From NCBI RefSeq assembly GCF_009914755.1, contig NC_060935.1: 64,000 nucleotides of DNA, one strand, 5' to 3'. The translations under genes and the position numbers were made by a program. The stretch comes from the human T2T-CHM13v2.0 reference genome, Homo sapiens. The notes under the pieces are model-generated. The model saw only the letters and a program-made list of their open reading frames with translations. It had not been told where the DNA came from and made no database searches. Shown piece by piece: positions 1-13,076 of the stretch; position 1 is the first letter of the stretch, and every line of letters starts with the position of its first letter.

Positions 1-43
1 GAATCACAAGCCATATCAGGGTTAACTTTAAGATTATGTAACC

Positions 44-560
44 TGTGGCGGTAAGCAGGATAATGACCCACAAAGATATCTATGCTCTGAACACTGGAAT
101 CTGTGAATGTATTACCCTATATGGCAAAAGGGACTTGGCAGATATGATGACCTTGAGATGGAGAGATTATCCTGAATTATCCAAGTGGCTCCAATATTTT
201 ACAAGTGTCCTTAAAAGTGGAAGAGAGAGGCAGAAGAGTTGCATCACAGAGAAATGTGACTAAGAAAGAAGGTGAGAGATGCAATGTAAGAAGAAATTAA
301 CCTGCCATTGCTGGCTTTGAAGATGGAGAAAGAAAGCCACAAATCAAAGAATATGGGTAGCCTCTGGAAGTTGGAAAAGGAAATTGGTTCTCCTCTAAAG
401 CATCCAGAAAGAAACACAACCTGATTGGTACCTTCATTTTAGCCCACTGAGGCCTTTATTGGACTTCTAATCTACAGAATAGCAAGATGATAAATTTGAG
501 TTTCTTATAAGCTACCAAGTTTTTAATAATTTATAATAGCAACAATAGAAAACTGATACA
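44..560 (+). mobile_element. MLT1D-like MaLR solo LTR
   Basis: TG...CA ends; motifs atggcaaaagggacttggcaga, gagattatcctgaattatcc and the ...aactgataca end match the recalled MLT1D consensus. Confidence 0.85.
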
Positions 561-849
561 CATGTTAAAAGTTCTCACCCTCCTCCTCCTCAAAAAGTGG
601 GTCTAACTCTTCCAGTCAAGATCCATAACCCAAATCTCAATTTACATGGGATTTACCTCCAGCTACACACCAGCACCACTAACTAAACTCATGATACATG
701 GAACCTGAATCAGAGCAGTTTATGAGCTGTCTACACAATTCAGTCATAGCTTACAAAACAAATAGACTGGGGAAAGTGAAAACTTATTTGTTTTAAAAGC
801 TAACGATGTTTTCAGGAGATAATTTATTGTTTGTTACTGATGCTAAGTC

Positions 850-1297
<448 letters not shown>

Positions 1298-2049
1298 TAG
1301 TTGAATATTAAAATAACTATCATAGACTCTAACTGGAATTTGACAGGATATGCCTTAAGGCACTTTATGATTTTTCACTCTTGACTTCATTTTACTATAA
1401 ATAAAGCTATTGCATTTGTCAAAAAATTTTCAGTTTACAAGAACTAGAAACCCAAGCAAGTGAAGAAATTTGTAGGATGCATAATTAATAAGGGCCAGCA
1501 TGGTGCCAGCTTTAAGAATTCCTAAGTTCAAAATAGTTCTTGCACTAGGTCTTCAGGATCTTCTCTCTTGTTTGAATAATGTTTCATGACTAAAATTTAA
1601 AATAGATATTAATAAACTGGGCAATCTTGATTATTCTATTTCATTCTAATGGCTTACTTTTCCTAAGAGAATGTCACTTGCTCACCCAGAGAAAACAACA
1701 TTAAAATGTGTTTCCACCTACAAATCTGAAAGATCTCTCCAAAGATACACAAACAAAATAGAATTTGTCATATCCACACTTAAAGATATTCATTTCCCAC
1801 ACTTAAAGTCAGCAGATATAGAAAATTATTTTGTAAGATTGATCATTATAATATTGGATTGAATATTCCATGGGTGAAAGCATCTATCTTCTTTCCTCTC
1901 CTGTAGACTTTAGCAACAATGGAAACTATGCCAAATATAATACAGATGTTCTATCCTCTAACATCCTATAATGTAACAAGATAATTTACTAGTCACTGTG
2001 GGTATAACAAATGTATTTTCTGAACCAAGAGTTCAGAAACTATACCACT

Positions 2050-2411
2050 TGTATTAGTTCTCATGCTGCTAATAAAGATGTAACCAAGATGGAGTGATTT
2101 ATAAAGAAAAAGAGTTTTAATGGACTCACAGTTCCACATGGCTGGGAAGGCCTCACAATCATGGTGGAAGGCAAAGGAGGAGAAAGACACATCTTATATG
2201 GCAGTAGGCAAGAGAGAACTTGTATAGGGAAACTCCCCTCTGTAAAACCATTGGATCTTGTGAGACTTATTCACTACCATGAGAACAGCAAAGGAAAGAC
2301 CTGCCCCCATGATTCAATTACCTCCCACCGGGTCCCTCCCACAACACGTGGGAATTATGGGAGCTACAATTCAAGATGAGATTTGGGTGGGAATACAGCC
2401 AAACCATATCA
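2050..2411 (-). mobile_element. THE1 (THE1C-like) MaLR solo LTR
   Basis: tgtattag...aaaccatatca termini; gggaattatgggagctacaattcaagatgag motif; 5-bp TSD ccact/tcact. Confidence 0.9.
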
Positions 2412-2489
2412 TCACTTTAGCCATTGCCTCCAATGTCAGCATAATTGTCTATTCTTTGCTTTAAATTTAGAACAGAAATTACATCTCTT

Positions 2490-2542
2490 TGCAACTATTA
2501 AGACAGTTCATCTCTCTCTGCAACTATTAAGACAGTTCATCT
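2490..2542. repeat. 24-bp direct repeat (period 29)
   Basis: tgcaactattaagacagttcatct occurs twice. Confidence 0.9.
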
Positions 2543-4506
2543 TACTAAAGAATTACAGTATTACTTCAATTATGAAATCCAGTTTGCTAAATCTATCTTA
2601 TACATTACAGTGTTGAAATTCTGGGACAGGTTGATGGTTAGTGGAACAATGTGGTAGAACACTTAAAATTAGAACTGGACAGAAAGCCTGGAATATAAGG
2701 TCATTTTTATCAAGAAGAAGAGTTGAAGGAATGAAGGAGAAAGCAGATGAAGTATGAGGCTTCCCTCTGACGCATGAAGAAGTTTATATAGAAGGGTGAG
2801 TAAAATAACACTTAACCAGAGGAAATAAAGAGTAGAAAACAAAGTACAATCAAATGTTAGGTTTATAGTATAGATGATGAAAGTTACAGAAGAAAGGAGA
2901 AATACTCATTAATTTCAAATATTTGATATTAACTTCTACTTAAGTTCCTAGTGATGTTATGTTTTCTCTTTTCATAGCCATTCATCTGAGCATTCTGGCC
3001 AACTCAGTAACTGGGCTTCTTGTTAAATACTAATAACCTGACCCTTTATCTCCCTTTTTCCAAATGACAACCTGTGAGAATAGACTTTTCATTCTACTCA
3101 TTTGTAACAGAACCATCTTAACAATGACTTCAGCAGATCCAAAAGTTAAATCTTTTAAGTGAAATGTATTTGCAAAAGAAATATGGTAACTGAAATATGT
3201 AGCCACTCATAATAATTCAGTATTTTATTAAATAATAATTTTTTCTTTTATTTTATTTATTACAATTATTTATTTTATTAAATAATTCTCACTTAAAATT
3301 GCAGTCATTGAAAAGCTACGATACACTAAAAACTACACTACAGACTGTGAAAGACGCTGAGGAGAATAAGGCAAATCTTACCTTCAGAGAATTTGTAATT
3401 TGGTAATTTAGCATATAAAATATCTCTTCCAGTCTGGACAAGATGGAATAAATCAATTTCTCTTTACTCCTCCCTTCTAAGCACAACTATAAAGCTGGAA
3501 AATAACATAAGAGATAATCAAAGGAGAACTCTATACGGTTGTAAAAAGAAAGTGAACTTATCTGAGGATCTTAGGACTGAAGTAATACAGCAGTGGGGCA
3601 TTATACATCCATCCCTCTACCTAACAACAGAAGGCAAGCCAGACCCATATTTGCCAATTCCCAATGAAGTAGGCTCATTCCTCTCCATGATCAAACCATG
3701 GTCCCTCTGACAACATCAGGCAGGACCAACACCATCGAGTTGATCAGGAGCCCCTTTTGTTGTTTTCTGATTGAGAAAAAGTGGTCAAGGGAAGAATTCA
3801 TCCCCACTCCTCCACCACCCCTTTCCATTTCACGCAAGAGTGTATTTTAAAATGACCCAACTATATCTGTTTACAATAAAGCACTTTCAATCCAACAACA
3901 TAGGCAAGCTGAAACTAAAAGGATGCTACATAGTATTCCATAAAACACTATGTTTTCATAAAATAAAAAAGCAGCCATGGCTACATAAATATGTGATAAA
4001 ATAGACTTTAGAGCAAAGAAAATTAGTAGCGACAAATAGGGGGATGACATAATGACAAAATCACAATTAAGCTGAGTACATCAGCACCCCCTTCTCAGCA
4101 TCTGAAAAGACTACCAGAAATAAAAGCAGCAAGAATTTAAAAGATGTGAACAACACAATCAACTAAGAATTCCTAATGTACTTACATAGAACACTGCACC
4201 ACCAACAACAAAATACACACTTTTTTCAAGTGCCCATGAAACATTCCTCAAGATAGAATATACACTGGAACATGAAGCAAGCCTCAGCAAATTTAAAAGA
4301 ACTGAAATCACACAGAATGTGTTCTCTGACTATAATGGAGTCAAACAAAAAATCAATTTTTAAAGACAAGACTATAGGAAAATCTCTTAACATATGGAAA
4401 CGAAACAGAAAACTTCTAAATAATCTATGGATCAAGGAGCAATTCTCAGAAAATTTTTAAAACTACATTGAACTGAATGAAAATGACAAGTACAACATTC
4501 CAAAAT

Positions 4507-4727
4507 TAGCCTGGTCAACATAGGGGATCCTATCTCTACACAAAAATTAAAAAATTAGCCAGGTATGGTGGTGTAGGCCTGTAGTTCCAGCTACTGGGGA
4601 AGCTGAGGTGGGAGGATCACTTGAACCTGGGAGGTTGAGGCTTCAGTGAGCCATAATCACGCCACTGCACTCCAGCATGGGCAACAGAGAGAGACCCTGC
4701 CTCAAATAAATGAATAAACACATAAAT
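4507..4727 (+). mobile_element. 5'-truncated AluJ
   Basis: gaggtgggaggatcacttga right arm; TSD aacat(t/a)ccaaaat at 4494-4506 and 4728-4740. Confidence 0.88.
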
Positions 4728-5992
4728 AACATACCAAAATGTATGTGCTACAACTGAAGCAGTGCTAAAAGGGATATGTATATCACCAAATACTTACATC
4801 AGAAATGAGGAAAGGCCTCAAATCAATAACCTAAGTTCTTACCTCAAAATCACTAGAAAAAGAAGAGCAAAATAGGCCCCAAATAAAAACAAGATAACAA
4901 ACGTCAGAACAAAAATGATCAAAACTGAAAATAGAAAAAAAAAAATCAATGAAACAAAAAGCTGGTTCTTCAAAAAAATAAAATCTATAAATTGATCATC
5001 TCTAATAAGATTTTAAAAATAAATAGAGAAGATACAAATAAAAAAATTGAAATTAAATTGAGGTTGTGACTACAGACCCAGCAAACACTGAAAAGATAAG
5101 GAAATACAACAAACAGCTGTATGCTAAGATATTCAATAAAGTAAGAAAATTTGACCAATTCCCTGAAAGCTACAAACAACCAAAACTCAATAAAGATGAA
5201 ATATGTAATATAGAGATCCTCATAACCATTAAAGAAATTGAATCTGTAACTTAAAAGCTCTCCCCCAAAATTTTCTAGGTCCAGATACTTTCACTGGAGA
5301 AGTCTATCAAAAATTTAGATAAAAATAGACTTTACACAATCTATTATAAAAATAGAATAAGAGAGAACACACACTAAACTCATTTTATTAAGCAAGTATA
5401 CCAAATTAGACAAAAATAGGAAAAGAAAGAAAAAAAAACTACAAATCAATAATTCTCACCATCTTAGAAGGAAAAATCTTCAATAAATGTTAACAAACCA
5501 ATTCCAAGCAATGTATAAATAGACTTATACACTATGACCAAGTGAGATTTATTTCAGGTACTCAAACTTGACTCAAAATTGAAAACCAGTGTAATCTATT
5601 ACATCAACAGATTAAAAAACAGAAATTATATGGCCCTATCAATTAATGCAGAAAAGCATTTGATAAAATCCAGTAACTATTTATGCTAAAAAGGTAGCTA
5701 CAGTAATCAAGAAAATGTGGTATTGGTAGAGAGATATAGATATATACTAATGGAACAAAATAGAAAACCAGGAAATAGACCCAGACAAATATGTTCAACC
5801 ATTTTTTCACAAAAGTGCAAAAGCAATTTAATGGAGGAAGAGCCTTTTCAACCAATGGTACTGGGGCGATTAAACAATCACAAACAAAAGTAAAATGAAT
5901 CTCCACCTAAACCTTACATTTATACAATAATTAACTCTAAATGAATAATGGAATTAAATATAAATAGTAATGGCATGAAACTTAAAAAAAAA

Positions 5993-6600
5993 TTCAAGCA
6001 GTCAGATGTGGAGGTGCTCAATCAGGACAACTAGCCAAACTGAAAGTAACAATCCAACCTCTATTTACTTATAGTGACAGTGCAAGCAAGAGGCACTAGC
6101 TCCCTAATGTTCCATTTTTTTTCCTCTATTATTTCACTATGTGAGGGTCAGGTAGACACAGTACTTACAAAGGGAATTGTCTCACTGCTGAAAAACCCTA
6201 AACAAAAGATACTTGCCTCTCTATGGATTCACGGGCTGAGGAGATGGAAAGGGGAAAGGCTGGGAGTAGAAAGATACTGAAGCTAAGTGGAGAGAAGTAT
6301 TTTAGCCAAGGCTCCCAATAAGGAGGTCTCAGCAGAGATGCCTGGGAAGTGCCTCAGCGTAGATCCTCAAAGAGGAGACCTCCCACTGGAGGTGCCCAGA
6401 CTAGAAATGCAGATATGCATATAAACATGGTTGGCCCAGAAGGCCCTTGATTGCAACTTGCTCCAGAAAATTGCAATGCATTGGCTATATACAAAATCTG
6501 GTGTGGGGAGGTCAGCTTCTCCCCATGAAGCCTGCCAGGCTAAGCTTCGTAATTGCCTATAGTTGAATCTGAACAATCACGCCCATATCTGGATTCCTCA
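5993..6600 (-). mobile_element. ERVL solo LTR (MER73/MER74/LTR53 group, subfamily uncertain)
   Basis: ~600-bp non-L1 block interrupting collinear L1 ORF2; ends ...ttcctca (TG on minus); agtcagatgtggaggtgc end resembles MER74-group LTRs. Confidence 0.55.
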
Positions 6601-6662
6601 AAATATATGAGACAATCTTTAGGATCTAGAGATAGACGAAGATTTTTTAAATGATACCAAAA

Positions 6663-7066
6663 GCAAAAGCCATACAAGAAAAAATAGATAAATCATATGT
6701 CATTCAAATTAAAAATGTTTGTTCTGCAAAAGACACCATTAAGAGAATGAAAAGACAAGCTGGAGATCAGAAGAAAATATTTGCAAATCATCACTCTGAC
6801 AAAGAACTTGTTTCTAAAATACAGAAAGAATACTCAAAACTCAACAATAAGAAAAAAACATGCACACGTATTTTTTTTCTTATTGTTGAGTTTTGAGTAT
6901 TCTTTCTGTATTTTAGAAACAATTCTTTGTCAGAGTGATGATTTGCGAATATTTTCTTCTGATCTCCAGCTTGTCTTTTCATTCTCTTAATGGTGTCTTT
7001 TGCAGAACAAACATTTTTAATTTGAATGGCATGTGATTTATCTATTTTTTCTTGTATGGCTTTTGC
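6663..7066. repeat. Long near-perfect inverted repeat: arms 6663-6858 and 6872-7066, 13-nt loop
   Basis: Right arm is the reverse complement of the left arm with 3 substitutions and 1 indel; mirrored peptides appear in ORFs 6651+ and 6791-. Confidence 0.97.
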
Positions 7067-7526
7067 GGCATTATTCACAATAGCAAAGACTTGGAACCAA
7101 CCCAAATGTCCAACAATGATAGACTGGATTAAGAAAATGTGGCACATATACACCATGGAATACTATGCAGCCATAAAAAATGATGAGTTCATGTCCTTTG
7201 TAGGGACATGGATGAAATTGGAAATCATCATTCTCAGTAAACTATCGCAAGAACAAAAAACCAAACACCGCATATTCTCACTCATAGGTGGGAATTGAAC
7301 AATGAGATCACATGGACACAGGAAGGAGAATATCACACTCTGGGGCCTGTGGTGGGGTTGGGGGAGCGGGGAGGGATAGCATTGGGAGATATACCTAATG
7401 CTAGATGACGAGTTAGTGGGTGCAGTGCACCAGCATGGCACATGTATACATATGTAACTAACCCGCACAATGTGCACATGTACCCTAAAACTTAAAGTAT
7501 AAAAAATAAAAAATAAAAATTAAAAA
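6858..7526 (+). mobile_element. 5'-truncated L1PA2 with an internal inverted copy of its flank
   Basis: ORF2 C-terminus ...HRIFSLIGGN; 3'UTR ctagatgacGAGttagtggg (GAG, not Ta ACA); poly(A); TSD aagaaaaaaa(a)c at 6849-6859 and 7527-7538. Confidence 0.92.
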
Positions 7527-8519
7527 AAGAAAAAAAACTAATAAAGAGAAAAAGCTATGAACAGACACTTTACATGAAGATACAGTTGGCAAATGAGCAC
7601 TTGCAAAGATTTTTAATATCACTAGGTATCAAGGAAATGTAAATTAAAACTACAATGAGATATCACTACACATCTATCAGAATAGCTAAAATAAAAAATA
7701 ATGAAAATGCCAAATGCTTATGAGCATTTGGTGGATCATTCATACATTGGTGGTGGTAATGTAAAATGGTAAAGCCACACTGAAAAACAATTGGCAATTT
7801 CTTATAAAAGTAAACATGCAATTATCATATTATCCAGCAATTATACTCATGGGCATTTATCTCAGATGTCTTTCAACAGGCAAATGTTAAACAAACTGAG
7901 GATATACATCCCTTGAATAACACATAGCAATAAAAATAACAGATTATCGACATATTCAACAACTTAGATAAATCTCCAGGGAATTATGCTGAATGAAATG
8001 GGTCAGTCCCCTAAAGTTGTACACTGTATGATTACATTGAAATAGCATTTTTGAAATGACAAAATTTTTGAAATGGAGAGTACATTAGTAGTAGGAGAGA
8101 AGGATGCTTGTAGTGTTAGAACTGATTAGTACCTTCACAGTGGTGGAAGACACATGAAAACTACACATTTGATAAAAATTGCACAGAACTAAACACGCAT
8201 ACACAAATATAAATGAGTGCAAGTGAAACTGGGGACATTTGAATAAGAAAGGCAGGTTGCATCTGTGTCCATATCCTGGTTGTGATATTATGCCACAGTT
8301 CTGCAAAATATTATCACTAGGGAAACAGGTAAAGTGTATAAAAGATCTCTCTGCATTATTTCTTACACCTGCATGTGAATCTATAATGCTCTCCATAAAA
8401 ATCCCCAAAATATCATCAGTCTTTGCAACAAGGTACATATTTGTTCTTAAGCCAAATGTTTATCATAACCACTCTCAGTGCACTTCAGAAGCATAGACTC
8501 CTAGACATTAAAAGGCATT

Positions 8520-8909
8520 TATAGATTGATTATCCATAGATCATACTAACTTTTACCAAAATCGAGTTTCCCTTTCTTTAAGTTAAGCTTGGCCATAAGA
8601 CTGGCTTTGATGAATAGAATATGTAAGGAAGTAGCTTGTGTCACTTCTGGGCAGAAGCTTTAAGAGTCAATGCATGCTTTGGCATCTTCTCAATTACCTT
8701 TGCTATGGCAACCATCAATGTTTCAGGAAGTGGCTGCTCTGTCAGCCTGAGTCCCAGAGTAAGGATGATAATGACTTGGGAACAGAGACCCCAGTTGACC
8801 CATGATGGTTATATAGTATAAGCAAGATATAAATGTTGATTGTTTCAAGCCCTGAAATTTGGAAGCTCTTCATTACTGCAGCATAATTTAACCTATCCCG
8901 TCTAATATA
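8520..8909 (+). mobile_element. MLT1J-like LTR
   Basis: gtgtcacttctgggcagaagctttaagagtca and ggctgctctgtcagcctgagtcccagagt motifs. Confidence 0.75.
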
Positions 8910-10066
8910 GTGCAACAAACTCTCATTTTATAGCCACTAAAATCAAGAGCAGGAAACTCTCATATTACAGCCACTAAAGCCAAGGATTATAGCTCATGCT
9001 ACCTAGGAAGTTAATGATGGAGACATTACTATGACCTGCATAGCAAAAATCCCAGACTGCTGCCATTTTCCCATACACATTTTACCAGTGTGCTTCAGGC
9101 TATTTTGCTCATTAAGAATAAAACTAAAATACAAATAAAAGTTCTATACCAAATTTAATTATCAAATTAGTTTGCAGATTACTAAACCAAAAGTTGAAAG
9201 AACAGGTTTTTTAAAGTAGGCTGAATGAAATATTGGCATTTCTAATTTTATAATATAGTTCTGAATCAGCAGCCCATCATTCAAAGAAAAAAAGGGCACA
9301 CGATTCACATGAGTCACACTGGAGAAATCCTTGATATTTTGAAAATTCAAATGTCAACAAGCCACATAATATGAGAAATGATAGTCACTGGCTCCATCCT
9401 TTTGAGCATTTCTACAAAATGAATCAAAATAAAATACCAACCCTGGAGGTTTATTAATCTACAAGATGTTTGAGCATTTCTGTAAAGAGATAACTTAATA
9501 ATGGTCATTAATATTTGTGAAGTTAAAAGGGAGCTTGCAAAAATAAGCAGCATTTTTTTTCTGAGACAGGGATTGTTTTACCCAGCATGCTTTTTCATGA
9601 ACATGCTAAGGACCTGAAAGATTTCCCATGGTATATGTTAAAATTTCAAATCTAATTTAAACAAACAAACAAAAAAAACAACACTTACAAGCTATGCCTA
9701 TTATATAGATTATTTAAGAAAACAGCCCTCCATCCTTATTTGCTGCATGTCACACAGGAGAAAGAATTCATGCACTTCTCTGACTACATGACAGAACCTT
9801 TTAAAACCTGCCAGTCACTCAGTCAGTCAGCCATTCAGGTTTTATTGCAAATGTTCTGTTGGAAACAGTGAGCAGTTCATGAAACAAAAAAGATGTAGCT
9901 AAGATTTCCTTACGGAAAAACTTCACCTTGTCCCTGATTAACTATCCTATTTATTACTTCTCGAAACTACGAGTTTTTCCTCTGCAGTTTTAATTCTGAT
10001 GTAAGTGTAATATGCTCACTGCAGATAATCTAGAAGGCTTAGACAAGAGAAAATGAAAGCAAAAAA

Positions 10067-10074
10067 GAGACAGA

Positions 10075-10107
<33 letters not shown>
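10067..10107. repeat. (GA)n/(GACA) purine-rich microsatellite
   Basis: Direct inspection. Confidence 0.85.
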
Positions 10108-10834
10108 TTTTGCCATAGTCCCACTACTCCAAGTGAATACCAGCATAATTGTGGCAAATTTCCTTTGTCCTTTTTTTTCTGTGCCGTTTTAAAATACAGC
10201 TGAGATGATAACTCATTTATAATTCTGAATCCTTCTTGTGATCCAGTCGCCATGATGTCAAAAGTGTTCTCTCATATTATTAAAAACTCATTGTTAAAAT
10301 CATTTTAATAGGCACCCAAAATTGAATTGTTTTGATAGACTGTCACCTATTTATTTATGCAATATTCCAACATAGAATATCTTGGTAACACAGAATATCT
10401 TGGTAATGTCTTCTTTTTTTTAATCACCATAATATATCTGAGTTTATTCAACCTTATTCCACATTTTTCATTATTGTTCTGATTTATCCTGGGTTCTAAA
10501 ATGTATTTAATATGGTCCTTTCACTTCCATGCTGACCTGCTCCTTTCCTATAGCTGACTCTTCTCTAGATTGTCCTAAGAACCCTGAACAAGCTTCTTGC
10601 CACAGGTACATTTCAACTTCAGAATTCATCAAATACTTTCTGGTGCTCTCACTGGAACAGAGAGAGAGAGAGCACACATGAACAGTTCACATTCACAAAA
10701 TAAATAAATATACAGATGATTACCTAAACAAAACAATCCCTCTTTATTTCTGAATATTTTCTAAACTTTTCAGTGATTTGAAGCTCATATTCATGTGTAT
10801 TTTTAAAGGTAAATTATGTATGATAAAAATAAAA

Positions 10835-10980
10835 AAGCACTGGATTGAAATCAGATTCTTAATGCAATTCTACCTTTCTCATCTAAGTCACTATATTACA
10901 TGAAGCCCATTTCCTCATTTGTAAAATAAGAAATTTAGATAGAGATCTCTGAGTTTTCTTCTAACTCTAACCTTCTCTGA
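10835..10980 (+). mobile_element. MIR fragment
   Basis: MIR core tttcctcatttgtaaaataag. Confidence 0.6.
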
Positions 10981-11028
10981 GTGCAATTCTGGAACAGCTT
11001 CTGACTGTGCTCAGTTGTGTGACCTTAG

Positions 11029-11530
11029 GTATTAACCAGGCTTCAGAGGGGAAAACCAGAGCCACTCCTGTATTTCAGATAGGAAGGGTTTTAGTATGGG
11101 AATTCAAGCTTTTCCAAGGTTGGAAGAGTTGAGATGCAAAAGTCAGGAAAGCCACTACCAACTATGCCAGCCTGAAGCACCAGTGTGGATGGTTCTCAAG
11201 AGATGAAGCAAACACTGCTGCCAATCTGTCGAACCTCTAGAAAGCTCCTCACTCAAACTCTTCATTCTTCACCCAGGCAATGGGTGGTGATTGCAAGCAT
11301 TCACTTAAAGCTATCATGAATCTCAAGAACCTCATGGACACCTCCACCAATCAGCTCAGTCTGCAGAATCAGTGTGACAATTCTCAAGATCACCTAGAAG
11401 CTGTTCGAGCCTCCAGTTGGCTCACACACCTGCTTGCAGCTGGTCCTGGAGCTTCTCTTTCTTTTCCACCTCCACAGATGCTCACTAAGGATCGTATGGC
11501 AAGGAGAATTCTGGGAAATGTAGTTCACAC
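11029..11530 (-). mobile_element. Ancient LTR fragment (LTR33/LTR78-like, uncertain)
   Basis: gtattaaccagg...gaaaaccagagccactc start and attctgggaaatgtagttc motif typical of these old LTRs. Confidence 0.45.
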
Positions 11531-11617
11531 CTTTGAAAGCCTCCTAACTTCCTCTGGAAAATATTTATTAAGCAGATAGCTTAGTTTCTACTAAGGGCAT
11601 AGTACTAAGCGCAGTAC

Positions 11618-12191
11618 TGAAATAGGAATTCAACAGGACCAGTTTCCAAGACAATGGGTCACATAATCCTGCTGCTAAAATAGGAGACCCCATTGATAAG
11701 AGAGGATAAGTAAACAAACCAGCCTATGTCAGCTAAAACCAACATGGCAACTAAAACCAACATGGCAACTTCGCTCTGCTAATTACAACATATGCTAATT
11801 AAAACACTAGCACAAGCACCATGATAGTTTATAAATGCCACATGGCAATGTCCAGAAGTTACACTGTATGGTCAAGACTGGGGAGAAATCCCTGGTCCTG
11901 GGAGCTCCCTGCCCCATTCCCAGAAAACTTGTGAATAACCCACGCTTTGTTTAGAATATAATCAAGAAATGGCCATAAAATAGCCAGCTAGCAGCCCCCC
12001 ACCTAGTGCTATTCTGCCTATGGGGTACCCGTGCTCTGCCTATGGAGCAGCCATCCTTTTATTCCTTTGCTTTGTAATAAACTTGCCTTTACTTTACTCT
12101 GTCAGCTCGCCCGTGAATTCTTCCCTGCATGAAGCCAAGAACCCATGTGGCCTCCAGGGGTGAACCTCAATTTTGGGATTCGCCTGCAATA
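11618..12191 (+). mobile_element. MER41-family (C/D-like) ERV1 solo LTR
   Basis: agtttataaatgccacatggcaatgtccagaagttac; ctgcctatggagcagccat; aataaa signal; 4-bp TSD gtac. Confidence 0.82.
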
Positions 12192-12677
12192 GTACTAAGA
12201 AACATAACAGGCATGATCACTGCCCTCAAGAAACTCAAAACCAATTTGGTTTTGGGCTAGACACCCAGGATGTAGGGATCCCACATTTCTTTTAGTGCTA
12301 CCCAGAACTCGTGCTTTTGAGTTACTGGATGTTACTTATAGGAAAAGGAGTAACAGGTGAAAATCAAGATAAACTCTCAGAGATTCCCTGCTGTGCCTGT
12401 CTCCTGCTTGAAGAAGCAGAAAGGAAAATGCTATGTGGAATCCCACAGTACAGAGACCATGAAACCTACAAAAGGGGACTCTTCAATTTGAGTTTTGAGA
12501 ACAGAGACTAGTGCTTCTTTGTCATTCTCGTTCATTTTCCTTGCAATGTTGAAAATAATGTAAGATGTGTGAAAGTTTTCCAAAATCACTTCTGTGATTT
12601 ATTTCTCAGGGACTTAACAAGTGATACTTTAGATACTCAGTGACTTCATGGCAGAGGGTCCTGGAAAAGCATGAAAC

Positions 12678-13076
12678 TATATAAGGGCTGAATTATGCTG
12701 CCCTCACACCCTGTAAATTCATATGTTGAAGCCCTATCCTCCAGTACCTCAGAATGTAACTATAATTAGAGATAGGGCCTTTAAGGAGGTGATTAAGTTA
12801 AAATGAACTTATCTGAGTGGGCCCTAATTCAATCTGACTAGTGTTCTCACAAGAGAAGGAAAATTGAACACACAGAGGTGCCCCATAGGTACACACCCAG
12901 AAATAAAAGACCATGTGAGGACAGCAAGAGGCATCCACCTACAAGTAAAAGCAAAAACCTCAGAAGAAACCAAACCTACCCACACCTTGACCTTGGACTT
13001 CTAGCCTCCAGAACCGTGAGAAAATAAATATCTATTGTTTAAGCCACCCAGTCTATGGTATTTTGTCATGGCAGCA
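12678..13076 (+). mobile_element. MLT1B-like LTR
   Basis: aaattcatatgttgaagcccta...ttggacttctagcctccagaac...tttaagccacccagtctatgg. Confidence 0.85.

Larger units (their letters stand above)
3425..8405 (+). mobile_element. Fragmented ancient L1 (L1MC1-like), interrupted by an Alu, an LTR and L1PA2
   Basis: Degenerate ORF2 peptides at 4272 and 5066; L1MC1-type 3' end (ctgcattatttcttacacctgcatgtgaatctataat). Confidence 0.8.

Noticed and set aside
6663-7066. Palindrome as a sequencing or assembly fold-back artefact, or as a DNA transposon/MITE
   Set aside because: Arms differ at 4 positions, the loop is authentic L1 sequence, and the arms are decayed L1MC sequence with no transposon TSD; long-read confirmation is still advisable
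6791-7156. 121-aa ORF (and mirrored ORFs at 6651 and 6781) as a novel gene
   Set aside because: By-product of reading through the palindrome and antisense L1; no gene structure
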